Below, in pieces: positions 9,348 through 19,078 of a stretch of DNA of 64,000 nt; the first letter of the stretch is position 1, and every line of letters begins with the position of its first letter. The notes below the pieces were generated by a model. The model saw only the letters and a program-made list of their open reading frames with translations. It had not been told where the DNA came from and did no database searches. The DNA comes from Synergistaceae bacterium. GTDB lineage: Bacteria > Synergistota > Synergistia > Synergistales > Synergistaceae. The stretch is taken from contig JBFXIQ010000002.1 in assembly GCA_050175815.1 (NCBI GenBank), positions 1,025 to 65,024 on the forward strand, read 5' to 3'. A program made the translations under genes and the position numbers.

Positions 9348-10619
9348 ATGAGAGAACTTTTTATACCTGTAACAAAAAATCCCCCGGCAAAGGTAAAGGA
9401 TCTGGGGCTCATCAGCCTTGTAACGGAAGGCGCAGGTGTTTTTAACGCAAAAAGCGGGGAGATAATACTCCTTCCTATCGGCAGGAGCACTCTGAACAGT
9501 ATTTCTGAAGACCTCGCTGAAGCTCTCCTTGAAAAAAACGGGATACAACATATAGACTGCAGCGCTTCGGATGAATCCGTCCACTCACTTGCTGAGCGCT
9601 ACGTAAGGGAATATGGAGAAAAAGCACTTTCCTGGCTGGCTATCTCAGGAAGAAAGTTAAAACTTTGGGGATGGGCAAGTACTGAAGAAGATGTGAAAAT
9701 GAAGACAGCAATGGCTGCTGACACTATCCGCTCTATAACGGAGCGTTACATTCCGGATTTTGACTATCTTCTTGAAGTAAGCTCATGTACTATCAACAAA
9801 ATGGCAGGTGTCTGCTCAACGAACAAAGGGTCGCTTTATGAGCTGGAAGGCCTGACCTGTCCCGGATCCGGTTATTATTACCATGACTCTGCCTTCATAT
9901 ATGCCACTGAACCGGTGAACTCGAATCAGGAAGAGGAAGATGTAGAAGATGTCCATACTCCGGGGGCACACACTATTACCCTCCTCTGTGAACAGCTTGG
10001 CCTGGATCCCAAACAGACGCTCAAGGCTATGCTTTACACTGTTATTTTGCCGGATGGGAAAAAGACTCTTCTGTTTGCAATGATCAGGGGAGACAAGAAT
10101 ATAAGCATAAACAAGCTGAATGCTTATGTAGATTCAAAATTCAAAGGGGCATCCTTCAGAAAGGCCGAAAACGGGGAAATTGTCTCATCCTTTGGTGAGG
10201 TTGCAGGTTTTTGCGGACCTATAGGAGTACCTGATGGAGTTCAAATGGTCGCTGACAAGTCGCTGGTGGACGGCAAAAACTTCGTGGTCGGCGGCAACAG
10301 ACCGGATTATCACAGGACAGGCTGCTGCTGGGGCAGGGATTTCAAACCTGATGTCGCAGACCTTTTGCTATTTGAGGAATCAATGCCATGCCCTGAAAAC
10401 GGAACTCCTTTGACGCCGGTGCAGTTAAGGAAGATCTGTACTGTGGAGTGTTACGGCTCGGAGATGAGAGGCGAACCTGTGCTCTCATCCAGGGACAGGG
10501 ACGGAGAACACAAATGGCCATACAGATGGAAGGCTGAGGTGTATTTGGAATCTCTCATACTTTCTTTCTACGAAAAAAAAGAAAAACGCATCAATGATGC
10601 GATCTTTAACGACAAGTAG
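9348..10619 (+). CDS. prolyl-tRNA-synthetase-like protein with degenerate catalytic core and INS/YbaK-like editing domain; no anticodon-binding domain
   Basis: The N-terminus parallels bacterial ProRS (LFIPVTKNPPAKVKDLGLISLV..G.....SGEIILLPIG). The central part parallels the INS editing domain (HTPGAHTI..LCEQLGLDPKQTLKAMLY...LLFAMIRGDKNISINKL...GFCGPIG...VVGGN). Class II motifs 2 and 3 are not recognisable, and the protein ends at 423 aa. Confidence 0.6.
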   Translation: MRELFIPVTKNPPAKVKDLGLISLVTEGAGVFNAKSGEIILLPIGRSTLNSISEDLAEALLEKNGIQHIDCSASDESVHSLAERYVREYGEKALSWLAISGRKLKLWGWASTEEDVKMKTAMAADTIRSITERYIPDFDYLLEVSSCTINKMAGVCSTNKGSLYELEGLTCPGSGYYYHDSAFIYATEPVNSNQEEEDVEDVHTPGAHTITLLCEQLGLDPKQTLKAMLYTVILPDGKKTLLFAMIRGDKNISINKLNAYVDSKFKGASFRKAENGEIVSSFGEVAGFCGPIGVPDGVQMVADKSLVDGKNFVVGGNRPDYHRTGCCWGRDFKPDVADLLLFEESMPCPENGTPLTPVQLRKICTVECYGSEMRGEPVLSSRDRDGEHKWPYRWKAEVYLESLILSFYEKKEKRINDAIFNDK

Positions 10620-10647
10620 ATCATAAAGATAAGGCAGTTCATCTCTT

Positions 10648-10691
10648 CAGGACCGAATGCGCAGGGCCCGGCCGGTCCTGCGTTTTTTTTT
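10648..10691 (+). terminator. intrinsic terminator
   Basis: CAGGACCG (10648-10655) pairs with CGGTCCTG (10673-10680) and is followed by CG plus a run of 9 T. Confidence 0.85.
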
Positions 10692-10735
10692 GTTATGCTG
10701 GGCAGACATTTTGGGCTTAAGTTTGGGATGATTTA

Positions 10736-10764
10736 TTGCGGACCTGCTCCGGGCAAGTTATACT
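10736..10764 (+). promoter_or_regulatory. candidate sigma70-type promoter
   Basis: TTGCGG, 17-nt spacer, TATACT, located just upstream of the 10779 ORF. Confidence 0.4.
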
Positions 10765-10778
10765 CTTAAGCATGGGGA

Positions 10779-12389
10779 GTGTTATCTTTGGCTGAGGGTA
10801 TGAAAAAAGTACTGGAAAAACTTATTGAAGATTATGGTCTCTGTATCCTGGAAGATCCGGACAGGCTCTCTCAGTTCCTCGAAGCGAGGAACCCTGGTGA
10901 AAGTGCTGCAAATTTCAGGCTGACATTTGCCCTGCGCTATATGATCAAATCAGGATGGTCTGTAAACTCGAACATCAGCAATAGAACTGAGACTCACTTC
11001 AGGGCGAAACTCTCAGAGCATCTCGGTTTTACTCATGAAGAGGCAGAGGATGTACTGCTTACATTGAAGCATGTCATAAAGGAAGAGCGCGCAGAGTGCA
11101 GCTCTGAGGAGGAAGCCCCTAATGAGCTGGTAGCAATGCCTGGAAACCTGAGAAGGATAGCAGGCGGGATATCGAATAAACCGAGGACAATGTGGATCAG
11201 AAAGAAATCATTCTACAACGGCATCGTTCTCATTGCCGCATTATTGGCGATAGTGGTTCTCTTTTTTCAGATAGGAAGCCAGCGGAACCCCGTTGGGGAT
11301 GAATTCAGAGTAGCCTTTTTCGCTCCCATGAAAGGCAGCGCCGCACAGTCGAGCCACAACCAGCTGAGGGCTGCCCAGCTCGCAGTCGAACAGATAAACA
11401 AACAGGGCGGAGTAAGGGGCTACAAGATCAAAATAGTAGGTTACGACCTCCCCCACGGCAGCTCTGAAGCAGAGGAGAGTATCAGGAAGGTCATGAAGGA
11501 CGAGAGCATACTTGTCATGATAACACCTGCGTCACAGGAAAAGGCCCAGCTAATGTCAAGAATAGCGGATGACATAAGCGTTCCGTTGGTGATAACCGCC
11601 TCAGACCTGACACCTGGAGCCGTTATGAAGGGTGAAAAACCCTATCTTTATGCTTTTCGCATAGCTAATGACACTGATGCCAGAGCAAAAATGCTGGCGT
11701 ATTTTGCGGTACAGGGGCTTTCAAAGAGGGAGATAGCCTTTCTTTACGACGCTAGTGACGAAACGACCCTCATGCTCCATGAATCGGCTCTTAGATGGGT
11801 AAAGATCTTTGGGGGGAAGATCACAGCAGATATCAGCGGTCAGATGAATGGAAATGCCGACCACAGAGCGGCCATGGAAGCGATCGCCAAAAGCGGAGCC
11901 GAGGTGCTGATAATTCCCGGAAAACAGATAAACATCAGATCTCTCTTCAGGTTTGCAAGGGATGCCGGTTACAGAAACACAGTGCTGGCAGAAGGTTACA
12001 ATGAGAATATGGCTGTGGGAAGTGACAGTGCGTTTTTAGGCAGCTGGTGGGTCAATGAAGTCTCTGACCTTGACCCCCAGATACGTTCTGTATTGAAAGA
12101 TTTCAGGACCCTTTACAATGAGAATTGCCCGCCTTCTGATGTGGAATCAGCCATACTGGCATATGATGGAGTTATGTGGATAGCAAATGCGCTCTACAGC
12201 GCATCAGGCTACAGGGGAGAGGCAATAAGGCATGCCCTTCTTTCTACCAGGAATTTTCCTGCAGCCCACGCTACGCTGACGATAGATCCCAGGACCCACG
12301 GTCCGCTCAACAAGGCCATGGCAATAGTCTTCTGCCCTAACGAAAAGGGCATTTTCCAGAGAAGGGTAAGAACAAAAAATATAGATTGA
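10779..12389 (+). CDS. membrane-anchored protein: N-terminal cytoplasmic helical domain, one TM, periplasmic type-1 (LivJ-like) amino-acid-binding domain
   Basis: TM segment SFYNGIVLIAALLAIVVLFF at about aa 145-165. The C-terminal ~370 aa has a PBP1/branched-chain amino-acid-binding pattern (FRVAFFAPMKGSAA...QLAVEQINKQGGV.GYKI). The start is ambiguous (GTG 10779, TTG 10788 or ATG 10800). Confidence 0.7.
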   Translation: MLSLAEGMKKVLEKLIEDYGLCILEDPDRLSQFLEARNPGESAANFRLTFALRYMIKSGWSVNSNISNRTETHFRAKLSEHLGFTHEEAEDVLLTLKHVIKEERAECSSEEEAPNELVAMPGNLRRIAGGISNKPRTMWIRKKSFYNGIVLIAALLAIVVLFFQIGSQRNPVGDEFRVAFFAPMKGSAAQSSHNQLRAAQLAVEQINKQGGVRGYKIKIVGYDLPHGSSEAEESIRKVMKDESILVMITPASQEKAQLMSRIADDISVPLVITASDLTPGAVMKGEKPYLYAFRIANDTDARAKMLAYFAVQGLSKREIAFLYDASDETTLMLHESALRWVKIFGGKITADISGQMNGNADHRAAMEAIAKSGAEVLIIPGKQINIRSLFRFARDAGYRNTVLAEGYNENMAVGSDSAFLGSWWVNEVSDLDPQIRSVLKDFRTLYNENCPPSDVESAILAYDGVMWIANALYSASGYRGEAIRHALLSTRNFPAAHATLTIDPRTHGPLNKAMAIVFCPNEKGIFQRRVRTKNID

Positions 12390-12494
12390 CCATGGAAACA
12401 ACAAAATATCATAATAAGGGATCATGAAATAAGGTGGCAGGTGTAATCGCCCTCTTATCCGGAAGATTACTTTTATTATTTTGGAGTTGGCGTT

Positions 12495-13997
12495 ATGGAG
12501 ATAAAAAAGCAGGAAAGACTTGAGGAAAGATTCGAGTCCGCGTGGAAAAACAGAGAATCTGAAGACTGCCTCTGGTGGAATGGCAGATGGTGGTCATGGA
12601 ACAGACTTAACAGCCTTGCTATTGACTGCGAGGAAAAATTAAAAGAAGCAGGTTTTCAAAAAGGACAGAGGATCGCCTTTATCCTGCCCAATTCACCGAT
12701 AGTTATCGCTTTGTCACTTGCATGCTGGAGACTGGGAGGAGCTGTCGCCCCCGTCAACGCGAGGTCCGGACATGAAAATCTGAGAGAAACCCTGCATAAG
12801 CTGGATCCTGCAACAGTATTTGTTGCCGAGGGAAACGATCTTTCAGGGCACGTCTTTGAAGGGATGAAGTTCGGGATATTCACCACTTCTTTGGAAAAAC
12901 TTGATAGGCAATTCAAATGTGTAAAAGGCATGCCTGAAAGTGAGGATCACGCCGTCATATTTTCAACATCAGGGACATCGGGCAGGCCGAAAGCAGTTCC
13001 TTGTACCCACTCAAATCTGCTCTCAAATATCGACCCTATCAAAAAACATGTCCCGGGGCTTCTTGACAGAGATTCGGTGATACTAAACGTACTTCCTAAC
13101 TTTCATTCCTTTGGCTTCAACGTTTCAGGAATGCTTGCACTTATGAGCGGCTGCAGTCAGGTATTACTGCCTGGTTTTGTCCCGGTGGAACGTACTATCG
13201 AAGCAATAAAGGCATCAGGCGCCAATTGCATAATAGGAGTCCCCACGACAATGGTATTCCTTCTGGGAGCGTTGTCAAAAAAAGGAGAGCATTTAAAAGG
13301 CATTAAATTTGTGATAACAGGCGGAGACAGACTGAACGTACAGATGAACTTAAGGAGCAAAGAATACCTTGGAACTGGAATACTTGAAGGCTATGGCCTT
13401 ACTGAGTGTTCGCCGGTCGTGGCTGTCGGTCATAGCGCTGACGACAGCAGACTTGGGACAGTGGGGCAATTCTTCGACACTTACGAGGTGCAGATAAGGG
13501 ACAGAGAAGGCAGGGTCCTTGATATGCACGAAGAGGGAGTGCTGTGGGTGAAAGGACCTTCTGTAGTGTCAGGTTATTTCAGGGACGATGTAAATTCAAG
13601 AGAACGATTTGTCGATGGATGGTTCAACACAGGTGATGTTGTCCGTGTGGATAAAGATGGCTATGTACAGATAGTAGACAGGGCTACTGACATAATCATT
13701 GTAAGCGGCTTTAATGTATATCCGCAGGAGGTTGAAAACGTTCTGTGCAAGCATCCGGCTGTTCAGTCTGCAGCAGCAGTAGGAGAGAGTAACAATCTGG
13801 CGGGTGAAATAGTTAAGGCATTTGTCATACTCAAAGAGGGGAAAGAAACCACGGGAAAAGAGCTTATCGATTACTGTAAGAAAAACCTTGCCCACTACAA
13901 AGTGCCCCGCAAGATAGGTTTTCTTAAAGAATTCCCGATATCTGCCGCAGGTAAGATCCTTCGCAGGGAATTAAGGAAAATAGAGATAGATAAATAA
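12495..13997 (+). CDS. AMP-forming acyl-CoA synthetase / fatty-acid--CoA ligase family
   Basis: Adenylate-forming motifs FSTSGTSGRPKAV, EGYGLTE, TGD.V..D.DGY..I.DR and a C-terminal GKILRRELR. Confidence 0.9.
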   Translation: MEIKKQERLEERFESAWKNRESEDCLWWNGRWWSWNRLNSLAIDCEEKLKEAGFQKGQRIAFILPNSPIVIALSLACWRLGGAVAPVNARSGHENLRETLHKLDPATVFVAEGNDLSGHVFEGMKFGIFTTSLEKLDRQFKCVKGMPESEDHAVIFSTSGTSGRPKAVPCTHSNLLSNIDPIKKHVPGLLDRDSVILNVLPNFHSFGFNVSGMLALMSGCSQVLLPGFVPVERTIEAIKASGANCIIGVPTTMVFLLGALSKKGEHLKGIKFVITGGDRLNVQMNLRSKEYLGTGILEGYGLTECSPVVAVGHSADDSRLGTVGQFFDTYEVQIRDREGRVLDMHEEGVLWVKGPSVVSGYFRDDVNSRERFVDGWFNTGDVVRVDKDGYVQIVDRATDIIIVSGFNVYPQEVENVLCKHPAVQSAAAVGESNNLAGEIVKAFVILKEGKETTGKELIDYCKKNLAHYKVPRKIGFLKEFPISAAGKILRRELRKIEIDK

Positions 13998-14032
13998 AGG
14001 GGAGGGGTTTTCTGTTTAGCAGGGCTCTCTCC

Positions 14033-15469
14033 TTATTCGTTCCACTCCACAAGTTTGCCGGGATTAAGTATATTGTCCGGGTCAAAGGCAAGCTTTACCC
14101 TTTTTATGAGTTCAAGCTGATTTTTGTCCAGGAATAGTTTCATGAACTTTTTTCTTTTAAATCCTATTCCGTGTTCCCCTGAAAGAGTACCTCCCATCTC
14201 CAGCACAGCGGTGTATATTTCCTGCTGTGCCTTCTGAAGGATCTCGTGCCAGTCCCCGGTATCGGGTCCTATTACGGTGCAGTGCATATTGCCGTCACCG
14301 GCGTGGCCGTATGCCACCCATTCCAGGTCCCTGTCCTGGCAGACTTTCTTTATCTTTTCGAGTAGGTCGGGGACTCTGTCTATCGGGACGACCAGATCTT
14401 CTTTTGTATACCGGCTGTAAAAGAATGAAGTTGCCTCAGGTATTGCTTTACGAGCCTGCCATATTCTTTCTTTCGTGCTTCTTGTGTCAGCCACATAAAC
14501 TTCGAATGCCCCGTTTTCCTTTGAAAGAGCCCCGATCCTCTCGTACTCTTTTTCAAGAATTTCCAGGTCGTTATTTTCAAGCTGTATTATGAGAGCTGCT
14601 CCTGCATCGCTTGCCGGCACTGGATTGCTCAGGTATCTTTCAACCAGTTCCAGAGCCTTTTTATCCATGAATTCTATTGATGCGGGAATTATTCCTCCCT
14701 TTTTGATTATTTTAGGCACAAATGCTATTGCAGTTTCCGGATCAGGGAAGGCCGCAAGCAGGTCTACCGAATGCCTGGGAAGCGGGAGAAGTTTCAGAAC
14801 GGCTTTTGTGATTATCGCCAGGGTACCTTCAGATCCTGCTATGAGACTTTTAAAGTCTAGTCCTGTAACGTCTTTGCGTCTCTTACCGCCAAACCATATC
14901 ACATTCCCGTCCGCCAGAACTACCTCAAGTGCAAGTACCTGTGCGCCCGTTGTTCCGTACTTTATAACTTTGTTGCCGCCTGCGTTTTCAGCGATGTTCC
15001 CCCCAATAAAGGAGGCGTCACCGCTGCATGGATCCCCTGCGTAAAGGAGGTCGTGTCTTGCTGCGAGTTTGCTTATCTCTGATGTCACTACTCCGGGTTC
15101 AACTGTCACAGTAAGGTTTTTCTCATCGAGTTCGAGAATTTTATTCATCTTTTCGAAGGACATCACAATTCCGCCGAATGCGGGGAGCGCACCGCCGGAA
15201 AGTCCTGTCCCAGCACCCCTGGGGGTAACAGGTATCCTGTTGGCTGAAGCTATTTTCATTATTTCTGAAACGTGGGTGCTGCATTCAGGAAATACGAGTG
15301 CTTCTGCCCGGTATTTACCCTCGTATGAGGCAGATGGCACTTCGTCGTGTGAATATGAGGCCAGTTTTTCTTCATCAGTGGAAACATTTCTGCTGCCAAT
15401 TGCTGATCCCAGAAGAGATATTATTTTTTTGTCGATCTTGTTGTATAAAAACAATGAGTCCATAAGCAT
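14033..15469 (-). CDS. FAD-linked oxidase (GlcD / D-lactate dehydrogenase family)
   Basis: FAD_binding_4-type N-terminal half (VTPRGAGTGLSGGA) and a C-terminal GG.LSGEHG.G..K motif; 478 aa. Confidence 0.85.
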   Translation of the reverse strand: MLMDSLFLYNKIDKKIISLLGSAIGSRNVSTDEEKLASYSHDEVPSASYEGKYRAEALVFPECSTHVSEIMKIASANRIPVTPRGAGTGLSGGALPAFGGIVMSFEKMNKILELDEKNLTVTVEPGVVTSEISKLAARHDLLYAGDPCSGDASFIGGNIAENAGGNKVIKYGTTGAQVLALEVVLADGNVIWFGGKRRKDVTGLDFKSLIAGSEGTLAIITKAVLKLLPLPRHSVDLLAAFPDPETAIAFVPKIIKKGGIIPASIEFMDKKALELVERYLSNPVPASDAGAALIIQLENNDLEILEKEYERIGALSKENGAFEVYVADTRSTKERIWQARKAIPEATSFFYSRYTKEDLVVPIDRVPDLLEKIKKVCQDRDLEWVAYGHAGDGNMHCTVIGPDTGDWHEILQKAQQEIYTAVLEMGGTLSGEHGIGFKRKKFMKLFLDKNQLELIKRVKLAFDPDNILNPGKLVEWNE

Positions 15470-15554
15470 ACCTCCGAATCACTTAAGTCAGGATAGTCAG
15501 GATCCTTGGCTTATCAGCTATAATAACATCATTATAAGCAGGGGGGTGCGTCTG

Positions 15555-17486
15555 TTGAAAAAAGAAACAAAGAGCAGTGTCATCCATGGTCTCAGTCTCG
15601 CAGGAGAGACAGACATCTATCTTTTTCGTGAAGGAAGCCATTGCAGACTTTATAATTTTCTTGGCGCACACAGGATGATCAACGAAGGAAAAGATGGGAT
15701 TCTCTTTGCTGTCTGGGCGCCAAGTGCTGCGGAAGTTTCTGTTATGGGAGACTTTAATGCATGGGACAGAGAGAGCCATAAGCTTGCACCAAGATGGGAC
15801 TCGTCGGGCATATGGGAGGGTTTTATTCCCAACGTTCCAGACTGGTCTTCTTACAAATACTCAATAACCACCAATACAGGAGAAAAACTGGATAAAAGTG
15901 ATCCTTTTGCCTTTTTCTGTGAAACGCCCCCAGATACTGCTTCAAGGGTTTCCCCGGATCTCTCATACCAGTGGAGTGACAGCGGATGGATGACATCAAG
16001 AGGAGAAAAAAACTCCCTTTCTTCTCCTCAGTCTATATATGAAATGCACGCAGGATCATGGAGAAGGACCGAGGAAAACGGATTCCTCTCCTGGCTGGGA
16101 CTTGCAGAAGAGCTGCCTCCTTACCTTGTTGAGAATGGCTTTACCCATGTGGAGTTTCTTCCTGTTATGGAACACCCCTTTTATGGTTCCTGGGGATACC
16201 AGACTACAGGATATTTTGCACCTACAGCACGATACGGTTCGCCTGACGATTTCAGAAAACTCATAGATTCTCTACATAGGGCAGGTATAGGAGTAATACT
16301 GGACTGGGTGCCGTCTCATTTTCCTGCTGATGCTTTTGCACTTGCAAAATTTGATGGAACAGCCCTTTATGAGCACGAGGATCCGAGGAAAGGATTCCAT
16401 CCGGACTGGAAAAGCTGCATATTCAATTACGGGAGGAACGAGGTAAGAAGTTTCCTTCTTTCCTCAGCCCACTTCTGGCTGGATAAATACCATGTTGACG
16501 GTCTGCGTGTCGACGCGGTCGCCTCAATGCTCTATCTGGATTATTCCAGGAAAGAGGGGGAATGGATCCCAAACCGGTACGGGGGCAAAGAGAACATAGA
16601 AGCAATTGATTTCCTTAAAAAACTCAATGAGACAATATATATGGAATATCCGGACGTGCAGGTGACTGCAGAGGAATCGACCTCATGGCCGATGGTATCC
16701 CGTCCTACATGGCTTGGCGGTCTTGGCTTCGGGTTCAAGTGGAACATGGGCTGGATGCACGATATTCTGCAATACATGTCCAAAGACCCTGTATTCAGGC
16801 AATATCACCACAATAAGCTTACCTTCGGCATGTGGTATGCATATTCTGAAAGCTTTGTTCTCCCCCTTTCCCATGACGAAGTAGTTTACGGCAAGGGATC
16901 TCTGTGGGGCAAAATGCCCGGTGACAGTTGGCAGAAAGCTGCAAACCTCAGGTTGCTTTTGGGTTGGATGATGGGACATCCCGGCAAAAAACTCCTCTTT
17001 ATGGGATGCGAGTTTGGCCAGGAGAGGGAATGGGATCATAACATAAGTCTTGACTGGCACGTGATGGAAGATGATATTCACAAGGGAATACTCCTTTGGT
17101 TCAAAGATATCAATAATTTCTACAGAGACACACCCCAGCTTTGGGAACAGGATTATGATCCCGCCGGCTTCGAATGGATAGACAGCGGGGACTTGTCCTC
17201 AAGTGTAGTTTCTTTCCTGCGGCGGGGTAAGGATGGGAAGGAAGCAATATTTATTGGGAACTTTACCCCTGTAGTAAGGAATGGATACAGGATAGGAGTG
17301 CCAAGAAATACTGTCTGGCGCGAAGCTTTGAACAGTGATTCTTTCCTGTACGGCGGATCAAACATTGGAAATCTGGGCGAAATAAAAGCAGAAAAGATAT
17401 TGTTCCACGGCCGCCAGTACTCGATAGAGGCGACCTTGCCGCCGCTTTCCTGCCTGGTCCTTCTGCCTGAAGAGACTGACCAATAG
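15555..17486 (+). CDS. glgB: 1,4-alpha-glucan branching enzyme
   Basis: GH13 GlgB strings (FAVWAP.A..VSV.GDFN.W, GVILDWVPSHF, HVDGLRVDAV.SMLY, EES, SHDEVV). The 805-aa track ORF overlaps the convergent glcD-like gene. I place the start at in-frame TTG 15555 after AGGGGGG. Confidence 0.9.
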   Translation: MKKETKSSVIHGLSLAGETDIYLFREGSHCRLYNFLGAHRMINEGKDGILFAVWAPSAAEVSVMGDFNAWDRESHKLAPRWDSSGIWEGFIPNVPDWSSYKYSITTNTGEKLDKSDPFAFFCETPPDTASRVSPDLSYQWSDSGWMTSRGEKNSLSSPQSIYEMHAGSWRRTEENGFLSWLGLAEELPPYLVENGFTHVEFLPVMEHPFYGSWGYQTTGYFAPTARYGSPDDFRKLIDSLHRAGIGVILDWVPSHFPADAFALAKFDGTALYEHEDPRKGFHPDWKSCIFNYGRNEVRSFLLSSAHFWLDKYHVDGLRVDAVASMLYLDYSRKEGEWIPNRYGGKENIEAIDFLKKLNETIYMEYPDVQVTAEESTSWPMVSRPTWLGGLGFGFKWNMGWMHDILQYMSKDPVFRQYHHNKLTFGMWYAYSESFVLPLSHDEVVYGKGSLWGKMPGDSWQKAANLRLLLGWMMGHPGKKLLFMGCEFGQEREWDHNISLDWHVMEDDIHKGILLWFKDINNFYRDTPQLWEQDYDPAGFEWIDSGDLSSSVVSFLRRGKDGKEAIFIGNFTPVVRNGYRIGVPRNTVWREALNSDSFLYGGSNIGNLGEIKAEKILFHGRQYSIEATLPPLSCLVLLPEETDQ

Positions 17487-17512
17487 ATATAGGAAAAACG
17501 GAGGTAAGGTTT

Positions 17513-19060
17513 TTGGATAGAAGAAGCGGAGTTTTGATGCATTTATCCTCTTTGCCCGGGCCGTTTGGGACAGGAGGACTTGGAAGAAGTGCCGAACGTT
17601 TTGCGGATTTTCTAAGAAATTCAGGATTCAGAGTATGGCAGGTCCTTCCGACTTCGCCTGTAGATGTTTCTTCATTTTATTCCCCTTACAGCAGCCGATC
17701 TGCTTTCGCAGGCAGCCACATCTTCATAAGCCCTGAGAAACTGGCTGAAGATGGTTTTTTGGAAACGGAGGAGGTAGAAAAGTATCATTGCGGTAGTCCG
17801 GAATGCATTGCTGACTACACCTATTCGACTGAACAGCTTAAAAATTTTATCAGGCTCTCCTGGCTGCGTTTCAAAAATGAGCCCGGCAGGTACGGCACTT
17901 TTTCTGAGGACTACAGCCGGTTTGTTGAGAAACAGAAATACTGGCTGAGGGACTACGCCCTTTTTACGGTGCTGAAAAAAGATTATGAAGACCTTCCCTG
18001 GAATAGCTGGCCGAAAGGATTTGCTCTAAGAGATAAAAACATTCTTGAACACTACTCTTCCCAAAAAGAGAAGAGTGAGGAAATTGAACTGATCTGCTTC
18101 GAGCAGTTCATTTTTGACAGGCAGTGGAAAGCCTTCCATAGATACTGCCTTGACAGGGATATCAGCTTGATGGGGGATATCCCCATGTTTGTCGCTTTTG
18201 ACAGTTCGGATGTATGGTCAAATCAGGAATATTTTGACCTCGATCCTGAGGGGTACCCGAATAAAGTTGCCGGAGTACCGCCCGACTATTTCAGCGCCAA
18301 CGGACAGAGATGGGGGAATCCTCTTTATAACTGGGAGACGATGCGAAGGGACGGCTTCAGCTGGTGGACAGCCAGATTCAGGAGAGCGATCGAGCATTTT
18401 GACCTCATAAGGATAGATCATTTCAGAGGCTTCTCTGCTTGCTGGGCAGTGCCGGCAGAAGAAGAAACGGCTATAAACGGGGAGTGGACCGAAACCCCCG
18501 GCAGAGAACTTCTTGAAGCCCTCTCTGAAAATATTAGGAAAGACGGCATGGTTGAATTGCCGCTCATAGCAGAGGATCTTGGCATCATTACAGACGATGT
18601 CAGAGATATTATGGCTGACTTCGGGCTTCCGGGAATGAAAGTCCTCCTGTTTGCCTTTGATGGCGATGTCGGGTCCAGCCCTTATGCACCACATAACCAC
18701 ATTCCCGGGTCTGTCGTTTATACCGGCACCCATGACAACAACACAGTCAGGGGATGGTGGGAGAGCGAATCGGATGAGCGGTCAAGATCGCTTATCTCAG
18801 AATACACAGGTCGTGACATCAACAAAGAGAATGTTTCGGAAGTATTTACCATTATGGCGCTTTCATCAACATCGAAGCTTGCGATGATCCCGATGCAGGA
18901 TATACTTGGACTTGGCGATGCTTGTCGGATGAACGTGCCGGGAGTCAGCGAAGGCAACTGGCTATGGCGGATGAGCAAAGCGGATCTTGAAGCGGTGAGC
19001 CGGGCTGATTCGCATATTGTGGCGCGCTATAGAAGGCTCAATTACCTTTTTGGGAGATAG
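17513..19060 (+). CDS. malQ: 4-alpha-glucanotransferase (amylomaltase)
   Basis: GH77 strings RRSGVLMHLSSLPGPFG.G.LG, PPDYFS..GQ.WGNPLY, IDHFRGF, EDLG, YTGTHDN. GGAGG precedes the TTG start. Confidence 0.9.
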   Translation: MDRRSGVLMHLSSLPGPFGTGGLGRSAERFADFLRNSGFRVWQVLPTSPVDVSSFYSPYSSRSAFAGSHIFISPEKLAEDGFLETEEVEKYHCGSPECIADYTYSTEQLKNFIRLSWLRFKNEPGRYGTFSEDYSRFVEKQKYWLRDYALFTVLKKDYEDLPWNSWPKGFALRDKNILEHYSSQKEKSEEIELICFEQFIFDRQWKAFHRYCLDRDISLMGDIPMFVAFDSSDVWSNQEYFDLDPEGYPNKVAGVPPDYFSANGQRWGNPLYNWETMRRDGFSWWTARFRRAIEHFDLIRIDHFRGFSACWAVPAEEETAINGEWTETPGRELLEALSENIRKDGMVELPLIAEDLGIITDDVRDIMADFGLPGMKVLLFAFDGDVGSSPYAPHNHIPGSVVYTGTHDNNTVRGWWESESDERSRSLISEYTGRDINKENVSEVFTIMALSSTSKLAMIPMQDILGLGDACRMNVPGVSEGNWLWRMSKADLEAVSRADSHIVARYRRLNYLFGR

Positions 19061-19078
19061 CAGAGGAGTTTTTTAGGT

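Noticed and set aside
9348-13997. ProRS-like + amino-acid-binding protein + adenylate-forming ligase as one aminoacyl-transfer operon
   Set aside because: A strong terminator (10648..10691) and a separate promoter candidate (10736..10764) lie between the first two genes. A further 105-nt gap precedes the ligase. Co-function is possible but the layout does not support it.
14227-15554. Long plus-strand ORFs (121 aa, 151 aa, and the first 486 nt of the 805-aa track ORF) overlapping the glcD-like gene
   Set aside because: They are antisense to a well-supported FAD-oxidase gene, are rich in Pro/Ser/Arg and have no SD. GlgB homology begins only after the in-frame TTG at 15555, so they are shadow ORFs.
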